This document shows, piece by piece, positions 36,179-45,584 of a DNA stretch of 64,000 bases (position 1 is its first letter; each line of letters starts with the position of its first letter). Source of the DNA: a virus; IMG/VR virus record IMGVR_UViG_3300042923_001092, positions 39,092 through 103,091 of that record. One strand, written 5' to 3'. The translations under genes and the position numbers were made by a program. The notes under the pieces are model-generated. The model worked only from the letters and a program-made list of their open reading frames with translations. It had not been told where the DNA came from and did not search any database.

Positions 36179-36211
36179 AAGGAGGTTGGTTATAGTACTA
36201 ACCTCCTTTTT
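36179..36211 (+). terminator. Rho-independent terminator
   Basis: AAGGAGGTTGGT-TATAGT-ACTAACCTCCTT-TTT. Confidence 0.85.
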
Positions 36212-36237
36212 GCTTGTTAAATTTTGCCTAATAATAT

Positions 36238-36267
36238 GTTTATTTTTGTCGTCAAAATGATATTATT
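36238..36267 (+). promoter_or_regulatory. Class II (SigF-like) promoter
   Basis: GTTTA-N15-TGATATTATT. Confidence 0.7.
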
Positions 36268-36300
36268 ATATTAGGACAAAAATAATTTAAGGATGGAATT

Positions 36301-36504
36301 ATGACAAACTGGGACAAGAAAATTAGAAAAACAAATAGAAGAAAAGAAGCTAAAAATAAAAGGGCTTTATTTAATAAGAAATTTGATGAAAAATTTTATA
36401 AAATATACTCTAAATTATTAAAGATTTATTTTATAATAGTCTTTCTTATAATTTTATATATTGTATTTATTTCATTAGCTGGTGAGGCAAAGCTTGGTTT
36501 TTAA
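36301..36504 (+). CDS. Small basic membrane protein
   Basis: Single hydrophobic C-terminal segment. Confidence 0.55.
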   Translation: MTNWDKKIRKTNRRKEAKNKRALFNKKFDEKFYKIYSKLLKIYFIIVFLIILYIVFISLAGEAKLGF

Positions 36505-36518
36505 ATGGAGGATATAAA

Positions 36519-37457
36519 GTGGAGAAAAAATATGATGTTGCAATAATAGATGGAAACAATTTATTTTTTAAAGCATTTTCTGTTCATAAAGACTTTTCTG
36601 TAAAAATTTCAGGTAAAAAGGTTTTTACGGGTGGGACATATGGACTAATAGATATGTTAATAAATGTTAAGAAAAATTATTTAAAAGAAGATTCTATAAT
36701 AATAGTTTGTTGGGATAAAGGTCACAAAAGAAGATCTCTTATTTATCCGGAATACAAAGCTAATAGAAACAAAGATGAGTGGGAAGATTATGAAAATTTT
36801 AAAACTCAGATGGCACAAGCAAAATATGTATTGAGTTTTTTAGGAATACGCCAAGCTTCTAAAGATGGAGAAGAAGCAGACGATGTTTGTGGAACCCTGT
36901 CTAAGCTCCAAAAGGAAGCTGGCAAGGAAGTTATATTGGTAAGTGCTGATAAGGATTACCAGCAGCTTCTAGATGACTCTGTCGACCTTTTGGCTAATAA
37001 AGGTCAAGGAAATATTAAACTTTGGGATGTTGAATCTTGGGAAAGATCTAAAGGGTATAATCCTAAATATTTTTCATATTTCTTAGCCTTAAGAGGAGAT
37101 GATGGTGATAACATTCCGGGAGTAAAAGGCATAGGAGAAAAAACAGCAGATAAGTTTTTAAAAGAGAATTTTGAACTTATAGAAGCAATGATAGATCCTT
37201 CTAAAAAGTTTTTTCAAAGTGGAGCTACATACGAGGAACTTATACCAGAAAAGCAGTCTGCAGCTATGAAAAAACTTTTAGAAAATGTGGAAGATTTAAA
37301 ACTGTCTTATGAATTAGCACTTATAGATAAGAATATAGAAGGTATTAAAGTTAAGAAAATCAAAAAAGATATGGATAAAATAGAGGAAATATTTGAAACT
37401 CTTAAATTTAATAGCTTTTTAGATCATAAATATTGGAGCATATTGGAGGTGTTATAA
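36519..37457 (+). CDS. 5'-3' exonuclease/flap endonuclease (PolI N-terminal/T4 RNase H family)
   Basis: IIDGNN, YKANR, EADD, SADKD, GDDGDNIPGVKGIGEKTA. Confidence 0.93.
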   Translation: MEKKYDVAIIDGNNLFFKAFSVHKDFSVKISGKKVFTGGTYGLIDMLINVKKNYLKEDSIIIVCWDKGHKRRSLIYPEYKANRNKDEWEDYENFKTQMAQAKYVLSFLGIRQASKDGEEADDVCGTLSKLQKEAGKEVILVSADKDYQQLLDDSVDLLANKGQGNIKLWDVESWERSKGYNPKYFSYFLALRGDDGDNIPGVKGIGEKTADKFLKENFELIEAMIDPSKKFFQSGATYEELIPEKQSAAMKKLLENVEDLKLSYELALIDKNIEGIKVKKIKKDMDKIEEIFETLKFNSFLDHKYWSILEVL

Positions 37458-38101
37458 TGCAAACAGTTTCTTCAAAGAATTTCGCAACAAAAGGAGATCT
37501 TGGATACATACCTTTAGAGGAAGCATTAGAACAATATAGTTTTGAAAGTCTTATTTTTTATGATAATGAAGACGAAGATGAAGAAACTAAGGAACAAAGA
37601 TATAAATTGTTCCAAGAAATTGATGAATTAGCAAATAAGTATCTTAATATTAAAGAGCTATGCATTTATAATTTAGTAATACATGAAAACAAAAAAACTT
37701 CAGATATTGTAGAAATAATGAATTATAATAGCTGGAGAACGACTCAAAATTCTATTGAAAGAGTTTTTAAGATTTTAAAATTATATTATGAATTTTCAAA
37801 AATTGATCAAGAAGATTTGTCGTATGAAATTACTAGAAATTTTAGTAAATTTGAACAAAAGATTTTAAAATTTCTTGAAGATAGACTGACAATACAACAA
37901 ATAAATGAAAAATTAGGAAAGAAAAAGTTTTGCTATACTAAAACACATTCTTTAATTAAAAACATAATGAGCAGGCTAGATGATATGGGCGGTAGCTGCA
38001 GACAGTTTTATAATTTCTTAAGTGAAATAAGAAAATTTAAAGATTCGTGTAATTTTGATGAAAAAGTTGATAATATCAAAATATTAAATGGAGGTAAATA
38101 G
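37457..38101 (+). CDS. Protein with two sigma-region-4-like HTH repeats (start ATG 37457)
   Basis: LNIKELCIYNL..HENKKTSDIVEIM...TTQNSIERVFK and FSKFEQKILKF..DRLTIQQINEKLG. Confidence 0.4.
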   Translation: MQTVSSKNFATKGDLGYIPLEEALEQYSFESLIFYDNEDEDEETKEQRYKLFQEIDELANKYLNIKELCIYNLVIHENKKTSDIVEIMNYNSWRTTQNSIERVFKILKLYYEFSKIDQEDLSYEITRNFSKFEQKILKFLEDRLTIQQINEKLGKKKFCYTKTHSLIKNIMSRLDDMGGSCRQFYNFLSEIRKFKDSCNFDEKVDNIKILNGGK

Positions 38102-38587
38102 ATGGAAGAAAGAATAAGCTGGGATAATTATTTCTTATTAATTTCTAAAGTAGTTTCCTCTAGAGCAACATGTTTTAGTGAACCTAAAGGAGCAGTAATT
38201 GTCGTAAATAAGAATATTGTATCTACCGGATATAATGGGGCTCCTAGCGGTATTAAAGATTGTAAGTATGGATATAAAGAGTGTAAAAAAAGATCATTAG
38301 GTTATGGTCATGGTACTGGGCATCATATATGTCTCGCGTCACATGCTGAAGCAAACGCAATTGATCATGCAGCTAAAAATGGAATTTCTATAAATGGTGG
38401 CACGCTATATTGCACTCATAAACCATGTTCTGAATGTGCAAAACACATTATTAATTCCGGAATAATAAGAGTAGTTTATATTAATGAATACGAATCAAAC
38501 GCTTTTGAACTTTTTAATGAAGCCGGTATTGATTGTGTAAAGTCTAAAGATTTTGATTTAATTGAAATGTTAAATCAAATCAAATAA
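38102..38587 (+). CDS. dCMP deaminase
   Basis: WDNYF, STGYNGAP, HAEANAI, PCSECAK. Confidence 0.93.
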   Translation: MEERISWDNYFLLISKVVSSRATCFSEPKGAVIVVNKNIVSTGYNGAPSGIKDCKYGYKECKKRSLGYGHGTGHHICLASHAEANAIDHAAKNGISINGGTLYCTHKPCSECAKHIINSGIIRVVYINEYESNAFELFNEAGIDCVKSKDFDLIEMLNQIK

Positions 38588-38591
38588 ATTA

Positions 38592-39263
38592 ATGGAGGTA
38601 ATTATGGAAGTTGTAAAGAATTTTAGTGTAGTAACTCTTTGTGGAAGTACTAGATTTAAAGCGGAGTTTGCCGAAGTAGCAAAAAGGCTTACTTTAGCTG
38701 GAAATGTTGTTTTGATGCCAATATGTTATGAACATGCAGATGGTCTTGTTTATTCGGATCAAAATATTAAAAAGATGTTAACTAAGATGCATGCTCAAAT
38801 GATTGATATGGCAGATGCTATTTTTGTCATAGACCCAGGTAACTATATTGGAGAATCAACAAAAGAAGAAATAGAATATGCCATCAGAAATAACAAAAAG
38901 ATAATTTATTATTCAGCTATTTTTGATCAGAATGATGTAGATAAAATGTATAAATCAGGTAAAAGTCCTACTGAAGGAGGTTGCTGGTTTTGCAGTAACA
39001 CTAAGAACGAAACTGAAAATTTATTATTTTCATTTGAGTTTGATACTTATGTACATGCTTCTTGTGTGCTTGAAAAAGAAAAAGAAGGCAATGGAGAAGC
39101 AGAAATAATTGCAAAAGAACTTAATCTTCCGGATATAAAAGCTGACGTAAAGCATGAATGCCATTGCTGCAGACGCAAAGAGGATTGTACAGAAGATGAA
39201 AAAGATTATGGAACTCAGCACGATAATAATGAATGCTTTGAAGATGAAGAGGAGGATGTTTAA
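38592..39263 (+). CDS. Nucleoside 2-deoxyribosyltransferase-like (Rossmann) domain plus Cys-rich C-terminus
   Basis: VTLCGSTRF, IDMADAIFVID..NYIGEST.EEIEYA. Confidence 0.55.
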   Translation: MEVIMEVVKNFSVVTLCGSTRFKAEFAEVAKRLTLAGNVVLMPICYEHADGLVYSDQNIKKMLTKMHAQMIDMADAIFVIDPGNYIGESTKEEIEYAIRNNKKIIYYSAIFDQNDVDKMYKSGKSPTEGGCWFCSNTKNETENLLFSFEFDTYVHASCVLEKEKEGNGEAEIIAKELNLPDIKADVKHECHCCRRKEDCTEDEKDYGTQHDNNECFEDEEEDV

Positions 39264-39808
39264 TGAAAAGAAAAAGTATTATAGCATTAAGTGTAGTAGG
39301 TATTTTAGTCCTAATGTTATTCATTGGTTTAGCTGAAACTTGGTCACACAGAAATATTGCAGTAGACCTTGAAGAAAGAATTGCTGCTCAGTACAAATCA
39401 AATCAAAACAGTTATGATTCTATGTGGAAGAAATTCAAAGAATTGACTCAAGTAACAGAGCTTCAGGCAGATCAAATGAAAGATGTATATACTGATCTTA
39501 TTTCGGGAAGGTATGAAGATTCTGATGTCTTGTTTAAAATGGTGACTGAAGATAATCCTGACATTAATACTTCAGTTTATACTCAGCTCCAACAGCAGAT
39601 AGAAGCTGGCAGAAATTCATTTAAAAATGATCAGGATAAGATATTGGACATTATAAGAGAATATAATTCTAAAGTAAGAAAGTGGATTATAATGTCTGCA
39701 ATTACCGGACGTACTAGAATCGATGAAAATAAATATATAGTTACTTCTAAGGAAACTCAAAATGCTTTTGATGAAAAACAAGCAGACGTTATTGATTTAA
39801 CAGATTAG
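39263..39808 (+). CDS. Membrane-anchored coiled-coil protein (LemA-like)
   Basis: N-terminal TM helix then helical repeats. Confidence 0.45.
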   Translation: MKRKSIIALSVVGILVLMLFIGLAETWSHRNIAVDLEERIAAQYKSNQNSYDSMWKKFKELTQVTELQADQMKDVYTDLISGRYEDSDVLFKMVTEDNPDINTSVYTQLQQQIEAGRNSFKNDQDKILDIIREYNSKVRKWIIMSAITGRTRIDENKYIVTSKETQNAFDEKQADVIDLTD

Positions 39809-39816
39809 GAGGGTTT

Positions 39817-40878
39817 ATGGTATTTATACCTTTTATTCTATTTTTATTGATTTTGATATTCTGCTTAATAAAGCTTAGTCTTAAGATTGAGTATTTTATA
39901 GGTGGGATTATTCTCGGTTTGATTCTTTTATTTGCCGTAATTGCTGCAGATGAAGTTGCTCAAACTACGGATACAGAAGTTTGGTCTGGATCAGTTATAG
40001 ACTGGAAGCATACTGAAGAGTACGATGAAAAGGTTTACGAAAAGGATAAAGATGGAAATGTAACTGGATATCATTATGATCATCATTATGCTGAAAATAA
40101 GATTAAAACTTCAGATAATGGGTGGATAACTGTTAAAAAGTCTCCAGATGGTAAGAAATTTACAGATAAATGGCCAAACAAAACTTCTGAACTTAAGGAA
40201 ATCTGGCCAGAAGGAACACCTACAGCATCATCTCATACTTATGTAAATAAAATTCAAGCTTCATATTCTATATATAAACACGAAGAAATTGATTTGGATC
40301 AATATAAAGATTTACCAAAATATCCAGATAAAACATATGATTATTTATATATAGATAGAATTGTTGGAGATTTTCCTAATGAACTTGAATCTAGAAAGCT
40401 TCTAGATCAATGGAATACTGAGTTAAATAAGTTTATCCCTGATCCTGAAAAACCCGGTAAGAATAGGTCTTGGAAGCAAGTAAACATTATATTTGTAAAT
40501 GTTGGTCCTGGTAAATCAGTTGATTACGGATTCGCTCTCCAAGATTATTGGGAAGGTGGAAATAAAAATGATTTTGTAGTATCATTAAGTATGGAAAAAG
40601 ATGGTACTATAAATTGGGTTTACCCCTTTAGCTGGAGTGAAGTAGAAATATTAAAAATAGAAGTTAGGGATTATATAACTAATTTAAAAGTAATTAATGA
40701 TTTAAGTCCAATAATTGATAAAGTGAGTCAAATGGTTGCAGATAAATTCGAAAGAAAACAATTTGCTGATTATAATTATTTAAATATAGATGTAAGTAAT
40801 GGTGCAATAGTTAGTATTTGGGTTTTATTTATTATTTTGTCTTTAGGAGCTATTACTATTTCGGTAAGAGAGTTTTAG
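39817..40878 (+). CDS. Membrane protein with large soluble domain
   Basis: Hydrophobic N- and C-terminal segments. Confidence 0.6.
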   Translation: MVFIPFILFLLILIFCLIKLSLKIEYFIGGIILGLILLFAVIAADEVAQTTDTEVWSGSVIDWKHTEEYDEKVYEKDKDGNVTGYHYDHHYAENKIKTSDNGWITVKKSPDGKKFTDKWPNKTSELKEIWPEGTPTASSHTYVNKIQASYSIYKHEEIDLDQYKDLPKYPDKTYDYLYIDRIVGDFPNELESRKLLDQWNTELNKFIPDPEKPGKNRSWKQVNIIFVNVGPGKSVDYGFALQDYWEGGNKNDFVVSLSMEKDGTINWVYPFSWSEVEILKIEVRDYITNLKVINDLSPIIDKVSQMVADKFERKQFADYNYLNIDVSNGAIVSIWVLFIILSLGAITISVREF

Positions 40879-40927
40879 CATTTAAAGTTTATATAGATCT
40901 TATTATAAAATAAAATTTCCTCTAATA

Positions 40928-40957
40928 GTTAATTTTTGAATCTTAATTGATATAATA
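40928..40957 (+). promoter_or_regulatory. Class II (SigF-like) promoter
   Basis: GTTAA-N15-TGATATAATA. Confidence 0.75.
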
Positions 40958-41019
40958 AAATTAGGTCCAAATATAATTATTAGAGGAAATTTAGACTAAA
41001 TACTAAATGGAGGTGCTAA

Positions 41020-41355
41020 ATGTCAATATTAGATAGTAATAAGATGGTTAAGTACAGGGTTGTTGGAACTACACATAAAAACCCCAATGGTACTTCAAGG
41101 CAAGAAATTATTTCGCATTTGACCAAAGCTTCAAAAATTACTTTAGTAAGAGAGCCGGATAATGAGTATGATAAAAATGCTATTGCAGTCTATGCTAATG
41201 AAAAACAGATTGGATATTTAAGTTCTGCTTATGCAGCAACATTTGCTCCAAAAATTGATGCTGGAAGAAGATTCGAAGTAAATGTTGATACAATCGGGAG
41301 TAGAACAAGCAAGAAAAATGGACAATCTTGGTATATCAGTATAGAAATTAGATAA
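41020..41355 (+). CDS. HIRAN-domain protein
   Basis: VVGTTH, LVREPDNEYDKNAIAV, IGYL. Confidence 0.85.
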   Translation: MSILDSNKMVKYRVVGTTHKNPNGTSRQEIISHLTKASKITLVREPDNEYDKNAIAVYANEKQIGYLSSAYAATFAPKIDAGRRFEVNVDTIGSRTSKKNGQSWYISIEIR

Positions 41356-41397
41356 GCAGCTAAGTCAAGTCGCAAGTGAAAATTTGAGCAATTTGAA

Positions 41398-41745
41398 TTG
41401 GAGGAAAATAAAATGTATAATTTTGTAAGAGTAAAAGATATCTTAGGAAAATGCAGAGAGTATGAAAAGACTCTTAACGAGTTTGAAAACGTTATAAGAA
41501 TACAACTTAAGATGGCTGGCTCTAGTGAAAAAAGAGACTGGAAAGAAGCTGCTGTAAAATCTGAAAGTTCAGTGGTTAAGTGCTTATTTGAGGAATATAA
41601 ATCTGTAAAAAGATTTTATCAGTTGTTTCTCGAGTCAGAATATACTGATAAAGATCAGCTTCTTCCGTGCTATCCTGAAGATGGAAATGAAAATGCAAAT
41701 AGTGAGCAGTCTACATTAAATGGAACTTTAGAAACAGGAGAATAA
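41398..41745 (+). CDS. Hypothetical protein
   Basis: Co-directional ORF. Confidence 0.55.
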   Translation: MEENKMYNFVRVKDILGKCREYEKTLNEFENVIRIQLKMAGSSEKRDWKEAAVKSESSVVKCLFEEYKSVKRFYQLFLESEYTDKDQLLPCYPEDGNENANSEQSTLNGTLETGE

Positions 41746-41747
41746 TA

Positions 41748-42980
41748 ATGGCACAAAAAATTGTTAAAGCTAAAAGTAATTTAGACTTATTATCCTGGAG
41801 GCCTTTTATACCAATGGGTGCAGTTAAAGAACCATTGGATAAGTTAGATGCTTACATTGATAATCCGGACTATATAGCTGAAATTAAATATGACGGCTAT
41901 AGAATGCCTTCATGGTTTTACCCTGATGTTATAAGGTTTACGACAAGAAGCATAGGCATAGAAACAGTTAGAAACGGTTCTCCATGGCCTACAGAAAGAA
42001 CTGATAATATTCCACATTTAAAAATACTTAAGCATAATCATTATGGAACAATGCCAGATGGTGAGATATGGAAACCAAATAGTAGATCGCACGATATGAC
42101 ATCTATGATCGGAGGCCTGCCTGAAACATCATTGAATAATCAGATTGAAAAAGGTTTTGTTCATTATATGATGTATGATATAATACAGTATAAAGGTAAA
42201 GATCTTAGAGAAACTGGTTATTCTGAAAGAAGAAAAATTCTTGAAGATTTTTATCATGAAATGCTTCATATTAATCGTGATTGGTATTTTGAACATCCGG
42301 TAACTAAAGAAATACTTTGTAATAATATAGAAGATTATCTTCATATATCTCAGATAGTTTCATTTGAAGATAGAAGAGAAATTTGGGAATCTATTGTTGC
42401 AGCTGGAGGTGAAGGTATGGTTCTTAAACACAAGGATTCTTTATATTATGAAGGAAAAATAAGAGATGGTAAAGGCGAGCCTGCTAAAGTAAAAGCAAAT
42501 AAAAAGAAAGGCATTCCTTTCACTCCTTGGGTCAAATGGAAGAAATATGATACATTCGATGTAGTAATCAAAGGATTTGAACCAGCAACTGTTGAATATA
42601 CTGGTAAAGATCCTGCTAATCATCAATATTGGATGTCAGAATCTGGACATAAATTTCTTACAACTGGTTCGGAGGAGGCATATGATAGGGCTACATCTTA
42701 TGGCGAACCAGTTAAGCCTATAACTAAATTTCACTTTTATGGCTGGATTGGTTCTATTATTTTTGGTCAATATAAAGGCGAAGAACTTATAGAAGTTGGA
42801 AATACTTCTGGTATTACAGACGAAATGAGAGAAGAATTTACTAAAAATCCTGATAAATATATTGGTTTAGTTGCTGAAGTTGGAGCTATGGAAAGAGTAC
42901 CAAAAACTGGAGCTTTACGTGAACCAAGATTTTTAAGGATACGTGATGATAAAAATGCCTTTGAATGTATAATTGAATAG
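41748..42980 (+). CDS. lig: ATP-dependent DNA ligase
   Basis: EIKYDGYR (KxDG), DGEI, YDI, EGMVLK, WVKWK, LREPRF.RIRDDK. Confidence 0.93.
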   Translation: MAQKIVKAKSNLDLLSWRPFIPMGAVKEPLDKLDAYIDNPDYIAEIKYDGYRMPSWFYPDVIRFTTRSIGIETVRNGSPWPTERTDNIPHLKILKHNHYGTMPDGEIWKPNSRSHDMTSMIGGLPETSLNNQIEKGFVHYMMYDIIQYKGKDLRETGYSERRKILEDFYHEMLHINRDWYFEHPVTKEILCNNIEDYLHISQIVSFEDRREIWESIVAAGGEGMVLKHKDSLYYEGKIRDGKGEPAKVKANKKKGIPFTPWVKWKKYDTFDVVIKGFEPATVEYTGKDPANHQYWMSESGHKFLTTGSEEAYDRATSYGEPVKPITKFHFYGWIGSIIFGQYKGEELIEVGNTSGITDEMREEFTKNPDKYIGLVAEVGAMERVPKTGALREPRFLRIRDDKNAFECIIE

Positions 42981-42988
42981 GAGGAAAT

Positions 42989-43384
42989 ATGATAGAATTT
43001 AGATTTACTTGTGAAGGCAAAAATGATTTTGCAAAAGACAGAATAGATTTTAGACTTGAACCAGTGATGGAAGGAAGTATAGAAAATAATTATTTATTTG
43101 TAGGACCTCCAAAAGGTATGTTTAGATTATTTTCAGTCAATCCAGAAATTTCTGAACATATACAGATTGGTAAAGAATATATTGTATCTATATTGCCGGA
43201 AGAGCGAAGCATTGGAACTTGCAAACTTATGAAAAGACTTTTAGAAGTTCCAGGAGTGGAAGGTCTTCCAGATGATTCGATTGAAGAGTTGAGGCGGATT
43301 ATTTGTGGAGAACATAATGGAAGTTGTGATGAGAGATATTCTGGTATTAAAAATTATATTCAAAAGGAGGTTAATCAATGTTAG
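42989..43384 (+). CDS. Hypothetical phage protein
   Basis: RBS AGGAGG; PV..GS.EN..F pattern. Confidence 0.6.
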   Translation: MIEFRFTCEGKNDFAKDRIDFRLEPVMEGSIENNYLFVGPPKGMFRLFSVNPEISEHIQIGKEYIVSILPEERSIGTCKLMKRLLEVPGVEGLPDDSIEELRRIICGEHNGSCDERYSGIKNYIQKEVNQC

Positions 43385-43626
43385 AAAATCTCCTTTTTAG
43401 GAATGGATCTAAAAGAAAATTTGTAGTACTTAAGATAGCAGATCTTTTAAAATATATAAATTCACCTTTTAAACTTGCTATGCTAGAAAATGATATGCTT
43501 GATATTGTTGAAGGCAGAAAAAAAGATGGAAAGAATCCAGAAAATGAATATATTATAATAAATACAGACGAACCATATGCTAATGAAGTTATTGAAATTT
43601 TAAAAAAGAATGGGCATTGGGGATAA
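43378..43626 (+). CDS. Hypothetical phage protein
   Basis: RBS AAGGAGG; R..DGK.P.N.Y...NTDEPYA pattern. Confidence 0.6.
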   Translation: MLENLLFRNGSKRKFVVLKIADLLKYINSPFKLAMLENDMLDIVEGRKKDGKNPENEYIIINTDEPYANEVIEILKKNGHWG

Positions 43627-43645
43627 TAAATATAAAATAGTATGT

Positions 43646-43668
43646 AAAGGCCTCGTACGAGGCCTTTT
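43646..43668. terminator. Bidirectional terminator between convergent genes
   Basis: 22-nt palindrome AAAGGCCTCGTACGAGGCCTTT. Confidence 0.8.
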
Positions 43669-43670
43669 GA

Positions 43671-43874
43671 TTATTTGCTAGCCATTTGCTCCTGAGCTTG
43701 TTTGATCATTTTTCTGACCATGTTTCCACCAATATAGCCATTCTCTCTAGCAGTAAGGTTTCCCTTATCAATCTTGTCGTAATCTGTTATTCCTAACTCA
43801 TTGGCAATTTCAAGTTTCATTTTGTTTAAAGCTTCTCTTGCTTCAGGAATTTCAACTCTGTTTCTGCTTGACAT
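43671..43874 (-). CDS. ssp: alpha/beta-type small acid-soluble spore protein (SASP)
   Basis: PEAREALNKMKLEIANELG...LTARENGYIGGNMVRKMI; RBS AAGGAGG on the minus strand. Confidence 0.93.
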   Translation of the reverse strand: MSSRNRVEIPEAREALNKMKLEIANELGITDYDKIDKGNLTARENGYIGGNMVRKMIKQAQEQMASK

Positions 43875-43915
43875 AGTTTAAACCCTCCTTGAATTTAGTT
43901 ATATGATTACGATAA

Positions 43916-43945
43916 TATTATATCCTATATGAATCATTAATAAAC
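43916..43945 (-). promoter_or_regulatory. Class II (SigF-like) promoter of the SASP gene
   Basis: Minus strand GTTTA-N15-GGATATAATA. Confidence 0.75.
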
Positions 43946-44092
43946 TAGTAAAATTTGGTAAATTTATACCTGAAAGGCAACAAAATAACAATCGAGTTTC
44001 CTTATATTATATACGCGTTAAAATCGAATATCTGAACGCAGACTTAATGGAGATAAAAAGTATCAATCTTTAAAAATTGTTTTTAATAAAGG

Positions 44093-44122
44093 TTTTAATA
44101 TTGACTCAATGATGATATAATA
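44093..44122 (+). promoter_or_regulatory. Class II promoter, variant -35
   Basis: TTTTA-N15-TGATATAATA. Confidence 0.5.
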
Positions 44123-44137
44123 TAAATAAATTAATAA

Positions 44138-44443
44138 ATGGAGGATTTAAAGATGAGTTATATACAGCAAAAATTATTAGCAAGAGATAGTGATGAATGT
44201 AAGTTAATAAGCTTTACAGATTGGCTTGCTAATAACATAGAAAAGATGGGGGTCCAGGTTAACGAAAGTGATTTTATTGATGGAACTTATGATTTATCGT
44301 TTCAGGAAAAAACAAATTCGTTTGTTTTAGAAATAAACACACCTAACGAAGAATTTGCAAATGAAGCTAAAATAGAATTACAAAGACTAAGTGTTGATGA
44401 AATTAGGATGCTTGGTGTTGTAAAAGAACTAGGAGTGGTTTGA
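44138..44443 (+). CDS. Hypothetical protein
   Basis: ORF with RBS. Confidence 0.6.
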   Translation: MEDLKMSYIQQKLLARDSDECKLISFTDWLANNIEKMGVQVNESDFIDGTYDLSFQEKTNSFVLEINTPNEEFANEAKIELQRLSVDEIRMLGVVKELGVV

Positions 44444-44868
44444 TGAAATATTGTGCAGAGCTTAGTTGGCTAGAAATTATAACGACACATCAATTTCTAG
44501 CCATGTTATATAAGAAAAAATATAAAATCGAAAGTATCCCAGAAAGAGATATACCAAAATTTACATCAAAAAAGATGATGTTTGTATATCAAGCTTTTGC
44601 AGATGCTTGTACATTTTATGATATAACCGGATTAGAATATTTAAACATTAAAAAAATTAAAGCAGAAGAAAAAAATGGTATTTGGAACTTTAAATACAAA
44701 TATAAAAAAGGATTATTTGCTGAATATAATGAGATAAAAGATTATGATGAAAATTGGGAAGAAAAAATAAAGGAAGAAGAACTTAAAAGAAAAGAAGCTA
44801 AAAAAGAACAAGAAAGAAAAAGAAAAGAAGATGAAAGAAGAATAAAAAGAATATCGAGAGGAAGATAA
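44440..44868 (+). CDS. Hypothetical protein with charged tail
   Basis: Coupled ORF. Confidence 0.6.
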   Translation: MMKYCAELSWLEIITTHQFLAMLYKKKYKIESIPERDIPKFTSKKMMFVYQAFADACTFYDITGLEYLNIKKIKAEEKNGIWNFKYKYKKGLFAEYNEIKDYDENWEEKIKEEELKRKEAKKEQERKRKEDERRIKRISRGR

Positions 44869-44869
44869 G

Positions 44870-45355
44870 ATGTTAATGATCGAAGAAATTAAAAACGGAG
44901 AAAATGAAGAAATAGATAATTTGAAAAGTATGTTTAAAGATAATTTCGGAAAACTTTCAAATAATGATGAAAAAACTATTGAATTTTATTATAATATGGG
45001 ATTGGTGAGGGGAATTAATGCTTATACATATATTGAAGAAGCTATAAAAAGAGCATCAATGAAACAAAACCTTTCTAAACCAATCAGCTATATAGCAAGT
45101 CTTTGCAAGAGCTTTTATAAGCATGGTCTATTTTATCAACCTTCAAATGAAGAAACAGATATCATTAATTATATCGAGAGCAAAATTGGTGAAATAAGCA
45201 ATGACAATAAAAAATTAATACAAACAGCTATTTCAACATCCGGATGTGTAAGAGTAATGTCTGGAGCTTCTGAAGTTCTTAATAATTCAAAATTGCAAAA
45301 TATGATTATTGAAGAAATTTTACTGAAAGTTGTAGAAATTTGGGAAAATAAATAA
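44870..45355 (+). CDS. Hypothetical protein, weak DnaD-like helical repeat
   Basis: IEEAIKRA.....KPISYIASL..SF pattern. Confidence 0.35.
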   Translation: MLMIEEIKNGENEEIDNLKSMFKDNFGKLSNNDEKTIEFYYNMGLVRGINAYTYIEEAIKRASMKQNLSKPISYIASLCKSFYKHGLFYQPSNEETDIINYIESKIGEISNDNKKLIQTAISTSGCVRVMSGASEVLNNSKLQNMIIEEILLKVVEIWENK

Positions 45356-45516
45356 TGATGCTTTAGACAGTCATTAGAACTTTTATTTTATTTATGGTAT
45401 TTTTACCTTAAAGCATAATTTAAATACTCTATTTAGGGTCTAAAATAGGCTTAATTATATCAATAATTAGTTTTTATAAACATTAAATATAATTTTTAAT
45501 TCTGAATAAAAAGATA

Positions 45517-45545
45517 TTTACAAATAGAGTATAGAATATTATAAT
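45517..45545 (+). promoter_or_regulatory. sigmaA-type promoter
   Basis: TTTACA-N17-TATAAT. Confidence 0.8.
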
Positions 45546-45584
45546 TAAACTGTAAGGTTAAATAAATCAAATGGAGGTTATTAA

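Noticed and set aside
43378-43626. Assigning ORFs 42989 and 43378 to named anti-defence families
   Set aside because: They look like conserved phage proteins, but I cannot match them to a characterised family from memory with any confidence.
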